A stretch of 64,000 nucleotides of DNA. It comes from Azolla caroliniana. Taxonomy: Eukaryota; Plantae; Polypodiophyta. The translations under genes and the position numbers were made by a program. Positions 37,053 through 50,439 of this stretch are shown in pieces; position 1 is the first letter of the stretch, and each line of letters opens with the position of its first letter. The stretch is taken from positions 20,274,001 to 20,338,000 of the forward strand of contig JBHGNT010000002.1 of assembly GCA_043228905.1 (NCBI GenBank), in the 5' to 3' direction. Below the pieces are notes generated by a model that saw only the letters and a program-made list of their open reading frames with translations, did no database searches and was not told where the DNA came from.

Positions 37053-37538
37053 GGGTCCGACATGCCATGGCACTGTCCCACATGCATGCCAAGTGTTGTC
37101 CACCGGTGTTGTCCGCTAGACCTAATGCTTAGACGAATAGAATATATTATTAGAAGCGTTAAAGAAACACATGTAACGGTTCACCCTAGGAGTGTAACGG
37201 ACTAAAAGCCCCATGTATATAAAGGGCGGAAATCCTCTGTAAAGAGGGAGCGTGTAATTAGGGAGCCAACTTTTGTAATACAATATTGTCTTCTCTGATT
37301 CCCGTGTTTGTGTAAGTCGTCTACTGATTCAGTGTAGTACTCTATTGGTAACTGTGGGCTAGTAAGCGTAGGATAATTGTGTATATGAAATCACGTACTG
37401 GTGAGATTCGGTTGTAGCTGTCTCCCTTCACATCCAAACGATACGCTTTGCGCACCTACAGATCTATTCCTTGCACCACAATCACCTTGAAGTCTACCTC
37501 GAGGGACTGAGAGTAGACAATGTTCCTAATCGGTAACA
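37053..37538 (+). repeat. G3 3' LTR remnant (PPT and LTR 5' end deleted)
   Basis: Shares the U3 motif GGCACTGTCCCA..GTGCC..TGTTGTC with the G4 LTR; TATA at ~37216; ends GGTAACA where G4 pol begins. Confidence 0.65.
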
Positions 37539-40500
37539 TCCGCATTCTTATGGAAGAATAGACCCCGACTCCTCCTCACAACAACCCATTATACAGTGAA
37601 GGAGTCCATATGTTAGATTGTCTCATGGACGATGAGATGAACTCGTTCCTGGATGAGCACCCTACGATAGTTCTGATTTTTGAAATCGACGTCCTTTCGG
37701 TCGTCGAACCTTACGTAGCCAACACCATCGATCACGAAGTTTCCCACGAACTTGACCTGGCATCAATAAAAGAACTTCAACAAGCCCGTGACGCACTTGA
37801 CCGCAAATTAGCAATATCGTAGCGTGTAAAAGCCTCCACCTTAGAAGAGGTCAACCTCGGCTCACCTTCCGAGCCACGTACCGTAAAAATTGCCAAAGAC
37901 CTAGCAACTAGCGATAGATTGGCCTTAATAGGACTGCTTACGGAGTATCAAGACATGTTCGCGTGGTCCTACAACGACATGAAAGGCCTAGATCCTCAAT
38001 ACTACCAACATCAGATACACCTTCAAACAGACGTATCACCAATTCAACAATGACGATACGGCATGAATCTCAACTATGCGACGAAAGTAAAAGACGAAAT
38101 AGATAAATTACTACGTGTAGGATTCATCCGGTCGGTAAAAAGGGCCACATGCCTAAGTCCTATTGTGGTTGTCCCGAAAAAGAATGGAAAAATCCGGGTT
38201 TGTGTGGATTACTAGAAACTTAACGGCGTTACGGTCACGAATGCCTTTCCACTCCCATTCACTGACAACATTCTCGATACGGTGGCTAGCCACGATTGTT
38301 ATAGCTTTCTCGACGACTTCAGTGGCTATAATCAAATTTGAATGCACCCAGATGATCAGGAGAAAACAACCTTCGTAATAGAATGGGTGTCTTCGTAGCC
38401 GTGGTTATGATGTTCGGCTTGAAAACAACCCCCGCCACATTTCAACGCATAATGTCCGAAATCTTCGAGGACTTCATTCCCTCCTTTATGCAAGTCTTCC
38501 TTGATGATTTCTCTATTTATGGACAACACGTGGAACACCTTGTGTAATTACGATTATGCCTCAAGAGATGTCGACATGCACGACTCAGCCTCAATCCCGC
38601 TAAATGTGCTTTCCAAGTGACAAGCAGAGCTTTTCTAGGTCACATTGTTAGTAAAGAGGGTATCGCTATGGACCCAGACAAAGTGCTAGCCATTTTGGAG
38701 GCCCCAACCCCCACTACAGCCAAAGCACTAAGCCGATTTCTGGGCCAAATACGATGGCATAGTCGTATGCTCCAATACCTTGCCGATTCTGCGACCCCTT
38801 TACACGCAACAATCCATACAGTGCCCTTTTGGTAGAGAGAACGAGAGTACACGACATACCAATCACTAAAAGTCATGTTGTCCCAAGCTCTAGTAGTCCA
38901 ACCCCCAGATTGGACAAAGCCCTTTCACGTATTCGTGGACGCATCTGATATCGCAATCGATAGTGCTTTAATGTAGAAAACCCCACCAAATTGGTATTGT
39001 CCAGTCTACTACGCCAGCCGTCGACTCTCGACAACAGAAAGGAATTACTCCGCTATGGAACGAGAAGCACTCGACATGATATATAGTTTTACGAAATTTT
39101 GGCATTATCTGCTTGGCCGGAAATTCACGTTCCACGTAGATCATTCAACACTACTTTACCTTGTAAATAAGCAAGCTCTGTCTGGTCTGTTAGCATGATG
39201 GATGTTGCTCCTTCAGGAGTTCGATTTCGAGATTCAACACCGACCAACAGTTCAACACGTGATTGTCGATTATCCTAGCAGCTTGGAAATGGGAGAACCG
39301 CCGCACCAAGAATACAGTGACTTACCGGACACCAGTCTATTCTCCATTGACACAACACCCATCAAGTTTGATCCTAACGACACTTGAATCACCGAAATGA
39401 CACAATTCCTAAGTACGGGACTTCCCCCGGACCACCTCACACTTGATGCTCAAAAATGGTTTGCAGTCCGAAGCCGTAATTTCTGTTTATTCATGAATAC
39501 GCTGTATCACAAAGCCTCGGATGACATCTGGAGGCGCGTGGTTCAAGAATTCAAGAAAGACGCCGTACTTCGGGAAGCTCACCACGGAATTGCGGGCGGG
39601 CATTATCCAGGCAATGACACAACCCGAAAAATCTAGTAGAGCGGGCTCTAGTGGTCGACCACGAAAAAGGATGCTCACTATTTTTGTAAACAATGTGATC
39701 TCTGTCAACGGATGGGACAACCAAATGAGCAAGACCACATGCCTCACCAGCCAATCCTTCCCTTGGAACCATTCCAAAAATGGGGCTTGGATTTCGTAGG
39801 CCCTTTTAAACCCCCCACCAAACGCACCGGAAACAAATATATACTAGTAGCAACCGATTACTGTACAAAATGGGTCGAAGCAAAAGCGCTTCGAGATAAC
39901 ACGACATCATCCACCGGAAAATTCATTTACAAAAATTTATGGTGCCACTTCGGTTGTCCAATCGAGCTAGTAAGTAATCAAGGAGGACACTTCATCAATC
40001 GAATCATATGCGAATTAACCTCCCACTACGCCGTCGTACACAAGAAAAGCACCCCGTACTACCCCAAGCTAATGGTCTGGCCAAATCCACAAATAAAACC
40101 CTTCATAACATTCTTAAGAAAATCGTGAATGAGAATCGCACGGATTGGGTCGATAAATTACACACTGCTTTATGGGCTTATCGCACGACTTTTAAAACAA
40201 GTATTGGCTCAACGCCTTTTCGGCTAGCTTTCGGATTAGAAGCCGTAATGCCCATTGAATTCCAGGTACCCAGCTTACGAGTACAAATAGCCAAATGATT
40301 ACTGGAATCAGAATCCGAACACCAACGTCTGGCCCAATTGCTCGAACTCGGAGAACAACGAATTACCAGTCTGGCTCAATTAGACCACGGCCAGAGACTC
40401 AGAAAGCCTTCATCAACAGACATTGTCGGATACCGGACAAAACTTTTGAAATCGGGCAGCCGGTCCTGGTTTTCCAAACAAAACTTGGGGCTATGCCCGG

Positions 40501-40735
40501 CAAGCTTCGATCCCGGTGGATGGGGCCTTTTTGGATCATTGACACGTACAACAACACCTTTCAACTCGGAACATTGGCCAACGAAATGCTGCCGCATTGG
40601 GTCAACGGGTTTTGCTTGAAACCGTACCGTGGAACGACACCACCTAACCCCTTTACCAACCAACGACACAATTTCGACCATACGATGGTAGGTGGAATAG
40701 AAGATTACAAGGGCATCACGCCTCGATTATGGTAA
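37539..40735 (+). pseudogene. pol: G4 pol (RT, RNase H, integrase), heavily disrupted
   Basis: [60 protein letters not shown]. Confidence 0.88.
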
Positions 40736-41127
40736 CAACCCTACCTACCATCCACGTGTACAATATTATTTTGAAAAAAAAGAAAAAAGAAGAAAAAAGA
40801 AAAAAGAAAAGAAACCCACTCACTATTTAAAGACGAGATACGATGTTCAAGAAAGCAAGTACAAACGGTTCACACGACGTGTGGCGCTTAACTCCTAGCA
40901 TGGTAGGCTAGATTTTGAATCTAGGGCACATGGGCACGTCTCGAGAATCGAGGCACCCACACAAAAACATCACCAATAGCCAGAGCCACCACACTTGCAA
41001 GAACTCTGAAGCTTTCGCTCCTTTTGCGCAGAACTGCTCTCACTCGCCTACTCTCTCTAACCAAGATTTCTCTCGTTCTCCATCTCCACAACCTTCTCCC
41101 TATCTACTTGACTCTCCAGCCCTCACC

Positions 41128-43880
41128 ATGCCGCTCGAAGTATCTAAAGAACTCTGCACCTGGATGTCCAGAGACGGCCTCTCAGGATATCTCAACATCC
41201 ACGATGCACATCCCCACCCAGAAGCTCAGGCCATCGCCAGAAGGATCGACCCCGACACCATCTCCGACAACATGATCCGAGCAACGCTTCATTTATAGAG
41301 GGGGGGGTGAACACGATATTGATGCGCCACCTCAACACATCTTGGAGTAGCATTTCAAAGAATATTCAATCTCGGGAAAAGCTCATCGCACACATGGAGG
41401 TGCCAATGAGTTCTTTGGGAACCTAGCCCATTTCCTCCTCGAGTATGCTTGCACCCACACAAAACCCTATGGCATGCCGAAGAAAAAAGCAGGATTGATT
41501 ATTACGGCTTACCGCGACGGAACAATCGATTGGGGGATCGTCACCGAGGAAGGTGTCTGAGCGGCCATCACTTCTTTTTAATTGGGGAAACCATTTTTAC
41601 CCATACTAGCACAATATACTGTCGTGTTGTACCCTCCCCAAGAACAACCTCCACGGCAGACATTGGCGCTCCCTGCTCCACCTCCTAGGGCTAAACGACA
41701 ACGAACGTTGCAGTTGTCGCATGAAGAGTTGCAGGATGACAATACCCAAGCCCTCTGCACAACCCACGACGAGCAAAACACCAAAGACAGGGACAACATT
41801 AGTATACGAGGTCGTGATAAGACGACACGGGCAATACCCTCCCCCCGACCGACACCACCCTAAAAACCAGCCAAACATGCCAAACAACCAAAGTCTATTC
41901 TAGATGTCCCACGGTTAGTGGTGACCGAACGACAACAGGAGCGCACAAAACAAGCATCCCTAGAACTTGATCCGGTCGCAAAACGCCGCCACACCAACAC
42001 TAGCAGCACCACACAGAGTAAGAATGGAACGACGGATGCCAACAAACAATTGGTCACCATCCCGAAGGTAGCTGTCGCGATCATGACAATCACCACACTG
42101 GATCCCAACAAACCTATTGAGCAAGGCCAACAATCATGATTTTCAGAGGATGAAGTGTTAACCTTCTGTGATCTGCTAGGGGAGGCATTCAAGCTCGGAG
42201 AAATTTTGCAACGCGGCACGACATACGAGCTCATCGATTGTTTGGCTCGTCTCCAAGTAGCTGTCGCAGCCCACATGGCCCAGGAATACGCCGAACAACA
42301 AGTCATAGAGAGGGCCTTAGAAAATGAGCCGTCTTCAGATGATGAGCTAAAATTACGGAAGGTTGGACGCAAACATGCCACAAAGAATCACCAAACACGC
42401 ATTGAGCTTCCAGAGCTCAACACGACATTGGTCGAAGTTTACTAGGAATTGGACAGAGCGACGTGTGCCGCCAAAGACTTGGCTAACCGTAACAAAGAGG
42501 CAAGCAAACAAGCAAAAGTTGCCACAGACCTATGACAAGCCTCTGAAGCACAACTGGCCGAATTAAAGCAGCAGATTTGAACACGGGATCAACCACACCG
42601 CTCCCTCTACCGCCTCCCCCTTCTACCCCCAATGACCAATCAACGCAGACAGACTTACCACATCGGTCCAAACAGACCAGCATGGAAACATAGAAGGAAT
42701 AGCCCAATGCGTGTGAACGAACCGACATGGCTGTTTAGACCATGCTGCCTTGCCCTATCGCTCTGGTGACAACGACCGTGCAAACTGACGAAGATATTGG
42801 CGAAACGCTTCGCGAGTACGAAGAAGAGATCGCCATGCACAAAGCCATTGCAGAAGAAGCAAAAGAACGCTATGAGCACGCACAAGCGGAGGCCGTCAAG
42901 AGCAAGGAGCAAGCCATGCACAAGGAGGCCAAACTTACGAAGGCGCTACAAGAACAGACGGTTAAGGTCACAGAGACAGAAAAAAAACGACCAACTCTAT
43001 TACGTCCTTATAGGACATTGCGTCCGCACAAATCACCTCACTAAACAAAGAACTCGTGGAAATGCAGGTATGCTCGAGTCAATGTTTGTAAAAATTCGAA
43101 GACGCCAAAACGCGCGCATCCGGTTATTTGACGAGCTCGACAAACACCAAATGGATAGTATCAACGAACGCGAACAGACGCACGCAAAGCACATAAAAGA
43201 ATTGGAGAAGGCTCAAACACAGTCCAGCCAACGAATTGACAGAGTAACGGAGGAAGTAGTGGCAAGGGTCAAGTCAATCAATACATCCTGCAAACGTCTT
43301 ATGGCGAAAGTATGGCTCAATATAGAAAAAGCCAAGCACGAGACGTTGGCTCTTCAAACAATGTACGACACACGAGAGGAACGCATCAATGCGTTAGTCA
43401 TGAAGCAATGATAGATATTAAACAAAAAGGTCGATGAAACATTAGCTGCAGGTTGGCTCAAGCAGCCGAATTGCAAGTCCTACGGGTAGACGCCGAAAAC
43501 CGAAGGAAAGAAGGAAAAGGCTTCGACAAGATGGACGACAACAGCATACAAATGATCCGAGAAGACCTCACGGAGGATTTTCATGCCTTAGCCGATGCCC
43601 ACACCAAAGCTATCACCACCCTCCTTGAGGAATTCAATGACGATCAAATGCTATTGATGATCGAAACGGAGCAAGCCTTGAATGATAACGCCCCGAAACA
43701 ACTTGCCGTAGTCGACGAATGATCGATGAGGCCGGACAGCCACATCGCAACCTCACCAATAATCCTGAGCTGAGCTACGACAACAAGGAGCTTGCAACAG
43801 ACACTTTGGCCGAAAACACCAACGCACCACGACTCGACCCCGCAACCATTGCAAAGGACGAACCAGCTGAACCAAACTAG
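41128..43880 (+). pseudogene. G4 extra 3' ORF, disrupted
   Basis: Homology to the G3 eORF: N-terminal domain, (V/I)DWG, AEQQ(M/V)IERAL, IELP.LN..LVEV, coiled coil, GF.K...I..IR.DL. Confidence 0.7.
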
Positions 43881-44606
43881 ACGGAGGGAGTCCTCCACAT
43901 TTTGACCAAGGATTAACTGTAATATATACTAAATTAATTTCACCAAAGTTTTTTACGAATGGGAAATTTCGATTTGTTGGGTTCGACGTGGCAAGGCACT
44001 GTCCCATGGGTGTGCCAGGTGTTGTCTGTGGGCCAAAATAGTAACATATATGAATCACAGGAGGTATTAGGTAGCAGAAGGTAAACAACCGAAAGCAATC
44101 AGAAGCAACCAAAATAAACACAATTGTAAATGTGGAAGGAGAAGGAGCACGCCAAGGAACATCTATATAAGGAGCGACAGATCGAAGGAAGAAAGGAGAG
44201 ACATATAGGAGAGAAGTCTGAGGTTATTACGTAATTAATCATACTACAGTGTATTTGGTTCATTCTGGCAGATAGCTGTGTAACTGTAATCATTACGCAT
44301 TCCGTAATCTAAACAATGTTGGGTCTATGTTGTGTCATTGTTTGCTTTTAATAATTGTTAAGTAATCTATCTCTCCCGATCGTGTATACATAAGTCGAGG
44401 CTTTCTCTTACGTAATGTGTAGGGTGTCATCCCGTTTCATAAAGGCGATCTGACCACCACGTAATATAGTCCTCTCGTCCGATTCCGCTTAGGAATCGAA
44501 GGTGTAGCCTCCGGAGAGGAAGGCAAGAAGAAGTTACACCGATTGACCTGCCCAAAGAATCCCGTGATACGTTATGGGTATAATGAGTACATGGCGCATC
44601 ACTATG

Positions 44607-47600
44607 TGTTGGCATAAAAGGCACTCCTTCCAAGTTGTATCCATCCGTGTGTGAACTTGTTAATAAGTTAGGGCTTAGTATATAAGCGAATACCTAACAC
44701 TGTAATGAAGGAGACGATGACGAGCAGACGATCGTAATCTCTGAGACAGAGAGAAACACATTGTGCAGAAATAAGAAGCTTTCCATTAAAGCTTGCAACT
44801 GTGTAAGTCTATATCTGCCTTCTCCGTCTTCTGTGTGTATGTTGTTTGCTGTTCATAGCCATAAGATCTGAACACACACTTCCGCATAACTGTCGAAATT
44901 AACCAACAACTGGTATTAGAGCAGTGTTCTGCTGTGCAACGGCAACAGATAACAGAAGAAGAAGCTAAAAGAAAAGACCAAGTCAGAAACATCAAATCCA
45001 CAGAAAGAATATGGCTTCAACATCCGCTACAGGAGCTAAAATTAGAAAGTTCGATGGCAAAAACTTTGGCCTGTGGGAAGAGATGATGCAGGATGTGCTG
45101 ATTATCCGAAGACAGGTCGAAGACATTCGGCATAACAAAAGGCCTACTTCGATGACAACAGAAGAGTGGAGATCAATGGACGAAATAGCACGCTCCACCA
45201 TCCGAATGGATCTGGCTGAAAACGTCTATTTCAGCATGGCAAAAGAGATGACAACGTTCTCATTGTGAGAGAAATTACAGGCCATATATGAGAAGAAGTC
45301 CTCATCTTCAAAACTTATCTTGATCAAACAATTGTTCAACATGAAGATGAAAGAGACTGATCCGGAAACCTCCCACATCAACTCCTTCAGCCGGGTGTTG
45401 TCAGAGCTCTCGTTCCAAGGGATCAACTTCGAAGAAGAAGTGAAAGACCTTGCCCTCCTATCGAGCTTGCCGGCGTGTTGGGAGGTATTTTGTACGACAT
45501 ACGCCAATAGCCGACCGATCCTAAATCTGGACGAAACAACCGGCCAAGTCCTCATAGAGGACATCAAGCGAAAATTAATGGCACTAACCATCGATGAGTC
45601 GGCAGAAGCCCATCACTCGACCGAGTCGTTTGACCGATAGAGTCGAACGAAAGAACAAGCCGACAGAACCGGTCGTTGCTAAACCAGATCAATAACAAGG
45701 GGTGACTGACAGCGGTCAAAGTCGAGAACAGGCCACAATGTTTCCGACTGCTGGTTGATAAAAAGAAAAGAGAGTGGTCGGTGATCCGAGCCGAATCGGG
45801 GACGTTCTGACTCGGAACACTCTCCAGTCGGCAACCAGATCAATGTTGCTGACACCCGATCCGGAGAAATCCTCTCCCTAGAGGATTCGATGATCGGAGA
45901 AGTCCTCTACAGTGCACAAGTTGTACACACGTGGCTACTAGACTTTGGTGCCACATTTCACGTGATCCCTAACGTTGAATGGTTCTCGAACTATTCAGCC
46001 GAGGCCAACAACACAGTTCGACTGGGAAACGGGTAGGAGTGCAAGATAGCCGGAATTGGGGAGGTTCTCATCAGATTGCCAAATGGCAACACAATAACCC
46101 TACACCGAGTTCGGCACATACCCGATTTAAAGAGGAGTCTGGTCTCCATCGGCATGTTAGCCGAAGATGGGTATCGAATGACTCTACATGAGTCGACATG
46201 GGTGATTAGCTGAGGAAACCTAAAAATCAGGAGTGGGTACAAGTACAACAATCTGTACCCATTGATGGCGATCAACCCTGAAGGGGCCGTGAACGTAGCC
46301 GAGAAAACCGACCCGAACTTATGGCATGGCCGACTTGGCCACATGTCTCAAGCCGGACTTGATCGGCTGATGTCGGTCGGTTACATCCCGAAACTCTAGG
46401 CAAAGACGGACTTCTGTGAGCATTGTCGATATGGGAAATAGACCCTAAGTCTGCACTCTCTCCACTATGAGATGGTACGACCACCCCTAGAGCTCGTGCG
46501 CACAGACATATGTGGGCCCATGCCAGAGCGATCACTAGGAGGCTCTCGGTACTTCATCACATTCGTAGATGACTGTACACGGAAGGTTTGGGCATACTCC
46601 ATCAAGTCCAAAGATGAAGCGCTCGAGGTCTTCACTCGATGGGTATCTGAAGTGGAGAACTGGTTGGGACACAGAGTGGAGACACTCCGATCTGACAACA
46701 GAGGTGAGTACACCTCCAGAGCCTTCTAACAGTACCTGTTCGAAAAAGGGATCCGGCATCAAAATACCGTTCCTTACACACCCATGCAGAATGGGGTGGC
46801 TGAACGGATTAACCGAACGATCCAGGAGAGGGTGACGACAATGCTCTAGCAAGCCGGACTGAAGTTGTAATTATGGTCCGAGGCATTGCAGATGGCAATG
46901 TACCTGATAAAGCTAGCGTCGTGAAGAGAAATTAGGCTCGAAGTGCCACAGGCACTATGGTCAGGCAAACAACCGACCTACAATAGGCTCCATATATTCG
47001 GATGCGAAGCCTACGCGTTCATCCCCAGGGACAAAAGGAGAAAGTTGGCACCCCATGCAACAAAGTGCACATTTCTCGGTTATGGAACCTATGGGGACTT
47101 CGGCTACCGGCTATGGGACCCTGAGAACCGGAAATTGATCTGGAGCAGCGACGTAGTCTTCAATGAAGACTCTATCTTCTCTTAGCGGAACCAACAGAAA
47201 ACAGTTGGCAAGAAGGTATCCTTCCACGATGACAGGACTGTCGTGGAAGGACCGACCAACCGGGGTGAATCGGAGACTCGACAAATAGTCGAACTCCAAC
47301 AAGCTGCCAACTTCCCTATCGACACCGAATTGGCAACAAGTCCTATCGTCGAACTCAAAGACAAAGTCTTCAAAGACACAGCCGAATCGACAAGAGTCGA
47401 CAAAGGCAAAGTCACTAAGAGGCAAGTCAGAACCGAGTCGACAACAACCACCACAAGGGAGAACAACCAAACACCGCCGAAATCTCAAACCAAGGGCGGG
47501 ACACCTCACCAGACTCTTGACACAACTGGTTCAACAAACACCGATCTTCAATTGGAACCGATCAAAGAATCCAAACCAGATATTACGGCACCCAGGAGAT

Positions 47601-49745
47601 TTGGATGAGCTCGAAGGTCAACAGAGTTTTATCAACCGGGCCTCGACTCTGTCAACTACACGGATGCAGGCGAACCAAGCACGTATGACGAAGCTATGGC
47701 CGCATTGGATGCTGAAACATAGCTGCAGGCCATGAAATCCGAAATGGACTTGATTCATCAGAATCAGACATGGGAGTTGGTTGAACTACCAGCACGAAGA
47801 AAGTTGCTACCTTGCAAATGGGTGTTCCGATACAAGTATGTATCCGACTCAGAGAAACCCAAGTACAAAGCTCGGGTTGTCGCGAAAGGATTCAAACATG
47901 AATACGGGGTTGACTACGATGAGATATTCTCACCAGTAGTCAAGATGATCACCCTCCGACTCCCACTAGAAGTCGTGGCGACAGAAGATCTAGAGCTCGA
48001 GCATATGGACATAAAGACGACATTCCTACACGGAGATCCGGAAGAAGACATATACATGTCTCAACCGGTAGGTTTCATGGCGATGGGGAAGGACAATCAC
48101 CTCATATGCAGACTAAAGAAAAGTCTATATGGCCTCAAACAAGCGCCGAGAATGTGGTACCAAAAGTTCGACTCCCACATAAGGCAGCTTGGATACGACA
48201 GATCAGACTCTGACCCATGCATGTATGTTCGGCAACTGGCTGATGAGTCCAGGATCTATCTGATCCTCTATGTCGACGACATGTTGATTGCAGGGAGAAA
48301 TCAAGCAGAGATCGGAAAGCTCAAGTGGAGCCTTCACGCAAAGTTCGCGATGAAGGAACTCGGACAAGCCCGACACATACTGGGCATGAGGATAGAGCGA
48401 AATCGGACGACCAAAACTCTCCGACTCTCCGAGTCCGAATACATCCGCAAGGTGTTGAAGCGCTTGAACATGGACAATGCGAAGCCAGCACCAACGCCGC
48501 TTCTGACGTCGATCAGACTATCAGACATAGAATCTCCTACAAACGACAAGGAGAGAGAGCTTAGTGGAAAGATACCCTACGCATCAGCAGTAGGAAGTAT
48601 CATGTACGCAATGGTGGCGACCCGACCCGACCTAGCCTATGTCGTAGGGGTGGTCAGTTGGTACATGTCAAACCCAAGAAAGAAGCATTGGGAGGCTGTC
48701 AAGCATATCCTTAGGTATTTGAAAGGAACCATGGATGCACAACTAACATTCGGTTCGACAACATCAACCAAACTTGATGGCTACACCGATTCCAACTACG
48801 CTGGAAACACAGATAATCGGAAATCGACATCAAGCTACATCTTCACCTATAGTGGCGGTGCAATATCATGGAGGTCGAAAATTCAAGAGTGCACAACTCT
48901 GTCTACCACAGAAGTCGAATACATAACAGCATCAGAAGCAGCGAAGGAAGCGATATGGCTGCACCGACTGTCTGCTGATTTCGGAACTGCAAACCGAACA
49001 GACCGACCAGCGCCAACCATCTATTGCGACTCACAGAGTGCAATACACCTCATAAACAATCCCATCTACCATGTGAAGACGAAGCACATTGAGGTGCAGT
49101 ATCATCATATCTGGGAGCTCGTGACTGAGAAGAAACTCAAAGTCCGGAAGATCGACACTGAGGTGAACATTGCCGATTGCCTGACAAAGCCAGTCCCAGA
49201 TCAACGCTTTGGAACGCTAAGGACGAAGATGGGGCTACGACAAGTGACCGAGCAGAAGAAAGCCAAACGAGGAGCAGAAGGTAAGAGTTGACCGACACTC
49301 ATACTATACCTCTGTCGACTTGGCTACTTGCCGACAAACTAGTAACATAAGATCTACTTAAATTTGTAATCTAGGTTTACGGGGGAGATAACCCCAAGCA
49401 CTTGTACATGCAAGAAAGAGAAGTCCTTTTACGGGGGATTTTGTTGGCATAAAAGGCCGATTCCTTCCAAGTTGTATCCGTCCGAGTGTGAACTCGTTAA
49501 TAAGTTAGGGTTTAGTATATAAGAGAATACCTAACATTGTAATGAAGGAGATGATGACGAGTAGATGATTGTAATCTCTAAGAGAGAGAGAAATGCATTG
49601 TGCAAAAATAAGAAGCTTTCCATTAAAGCTTGCAACTGTGTAAGTCTATTTCTGCCTTCTTTATCTTCTGTGTGTATGTTGTTTGTTGTTCATAGCCATA
49701 AGATCTGAACACACACTTCTACATAACTGTCGAAATTATCCCACA
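44607..49745 (+). mobile_element. Full-length Ty1/copia element C3 (short-LTR family)
   Basis: LTRs at 44607-44908 and 49442-49745. Perfect TSD CTATG. PBS TGGTATTAGAGC at 44911-44922; PPT at ~49432-49441. Confidence 0.93.
45011..49291 (+). pseudogene. pol: C3 gag-pol, disrupted
   Basis: KFDGKNFGLW gag, WLLDFGATFH PR, TDICGP IN, and a 519-aa RT-RH ORF at 47732..49291. Confidence 0.9.
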
Positions 49746-49864
49746 CTATGCATACATGAAGAAAGTGGCGGATGTGCATGAGTCGGAGAGCTACGCAGAA
49801 GCGGTGAAAGGTGCGAATTGGTGTGCTGCAATGGAGGAAGAAATGTGGCACTCGATGCCAACGA

Positions 49865-50439
49865 TGAAGAGAATAGACGTGGAATATTGCTCGGCCACAA
49901 CCGAGCCTTGAATCACAGGAATGGGAATGAAACATAGAAATGGGAAGTGGAGAGTACACAAAGGAAATACAGAGGATGTTTACGTGGAAAACCCAAATAG
50001 GGAAAAACAAGGAGAGCCCACGGACTCCAACCATCACTATAGGAGAAAGGTACAATCAGAGCGTCGAAGGCAACGACCTCGAGCTCTATATCTTTGCCAA
50101 TCGGCGGTTACAACAGAGTATCTCTCTGTATCTCACACTCTCTCCCTCTCTATCGCTCTTTGTACAATAGTTACAACGATATAAACAACAACACTCTCTC
50201 ACTTTCTAAAGCGATTGCCCTAAGTCATATTTATACTTATATGAACTTAGGGCTATTTACAAATATAGCCTCAATAGGCTTACTCAAAACATATCTACAA
50301 ATATGTCTTCTCTTTCGGTTCTCACCGGCTCTCTTCCAGTTCTCATCGGGTCTCCTCTGGTTTCCAGATCTCTTCCGGTTCTCATTGGGTCCTCTTAATT
50401 CATCACTGGGTCCCATCCGGAGGGACCGATTTCCCAACA
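49865..50439 (-). mobile_element. Copia solo LTR (575 bp)
   Basis: TG/CA ends; perfect TSD AACGA; similar to 58763-59278 and related to the C1/C2 LTRs. Confidence 0.92.

Larger units (their letters stand above)
26407..37205. repeat. 584-bp tandem duplication (26407-26990; second copy 26991-27019 + 36647-37205, split by C2)
   Basis: The eORF end and LTR start are repeated (PDND...ILDILNDE*); junction microhomology CTAA. Confidence 0.88.
2573..37538 (+). mobile_element. Athila-like gypsy element G3; host of G1b, G2, G5, a copia solo LTR and C2; 5' end outside the window
   Basis: The pol frame rejoins across insertions (QEIS|GCIIDGGSG at 2949/16014; GKIR|VCMDY at 16956/20588). RT-RH-IN runs to 23092, then an extra ORF, then an LTR remnant ending GGTAACA at 37538. 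Confidence 0.8.
37539..44538 (+). mobile_element. Athila-like gypsy element G4 (RT-RH-IN, eORF, 3' LTR 43918-44538)
   Basis: pol is collinear with G3; LTR TGTAA...TTACA; copia coding sequence resumes at 44539. Confidence 0.8.

Noticed and set aside
37539-44543. Extending the N-CG-N rule to Athila-like elements (flanks TCCGC at 37539, CCGAT at 44539)
   Set aside because: Only one flank of each is visible, the TSD length is unknown, the CG position differs, and the G7 flank (CAGAG) lacks CG; not counted.
48239-48262. Hammerhead ribozyme / retrozyme cores (CTGATGA here and at ~568, 30702, 32994, 59564)
   Set aside because: None is followed by stem II plus GAAA; most lie in pol coding sequence.
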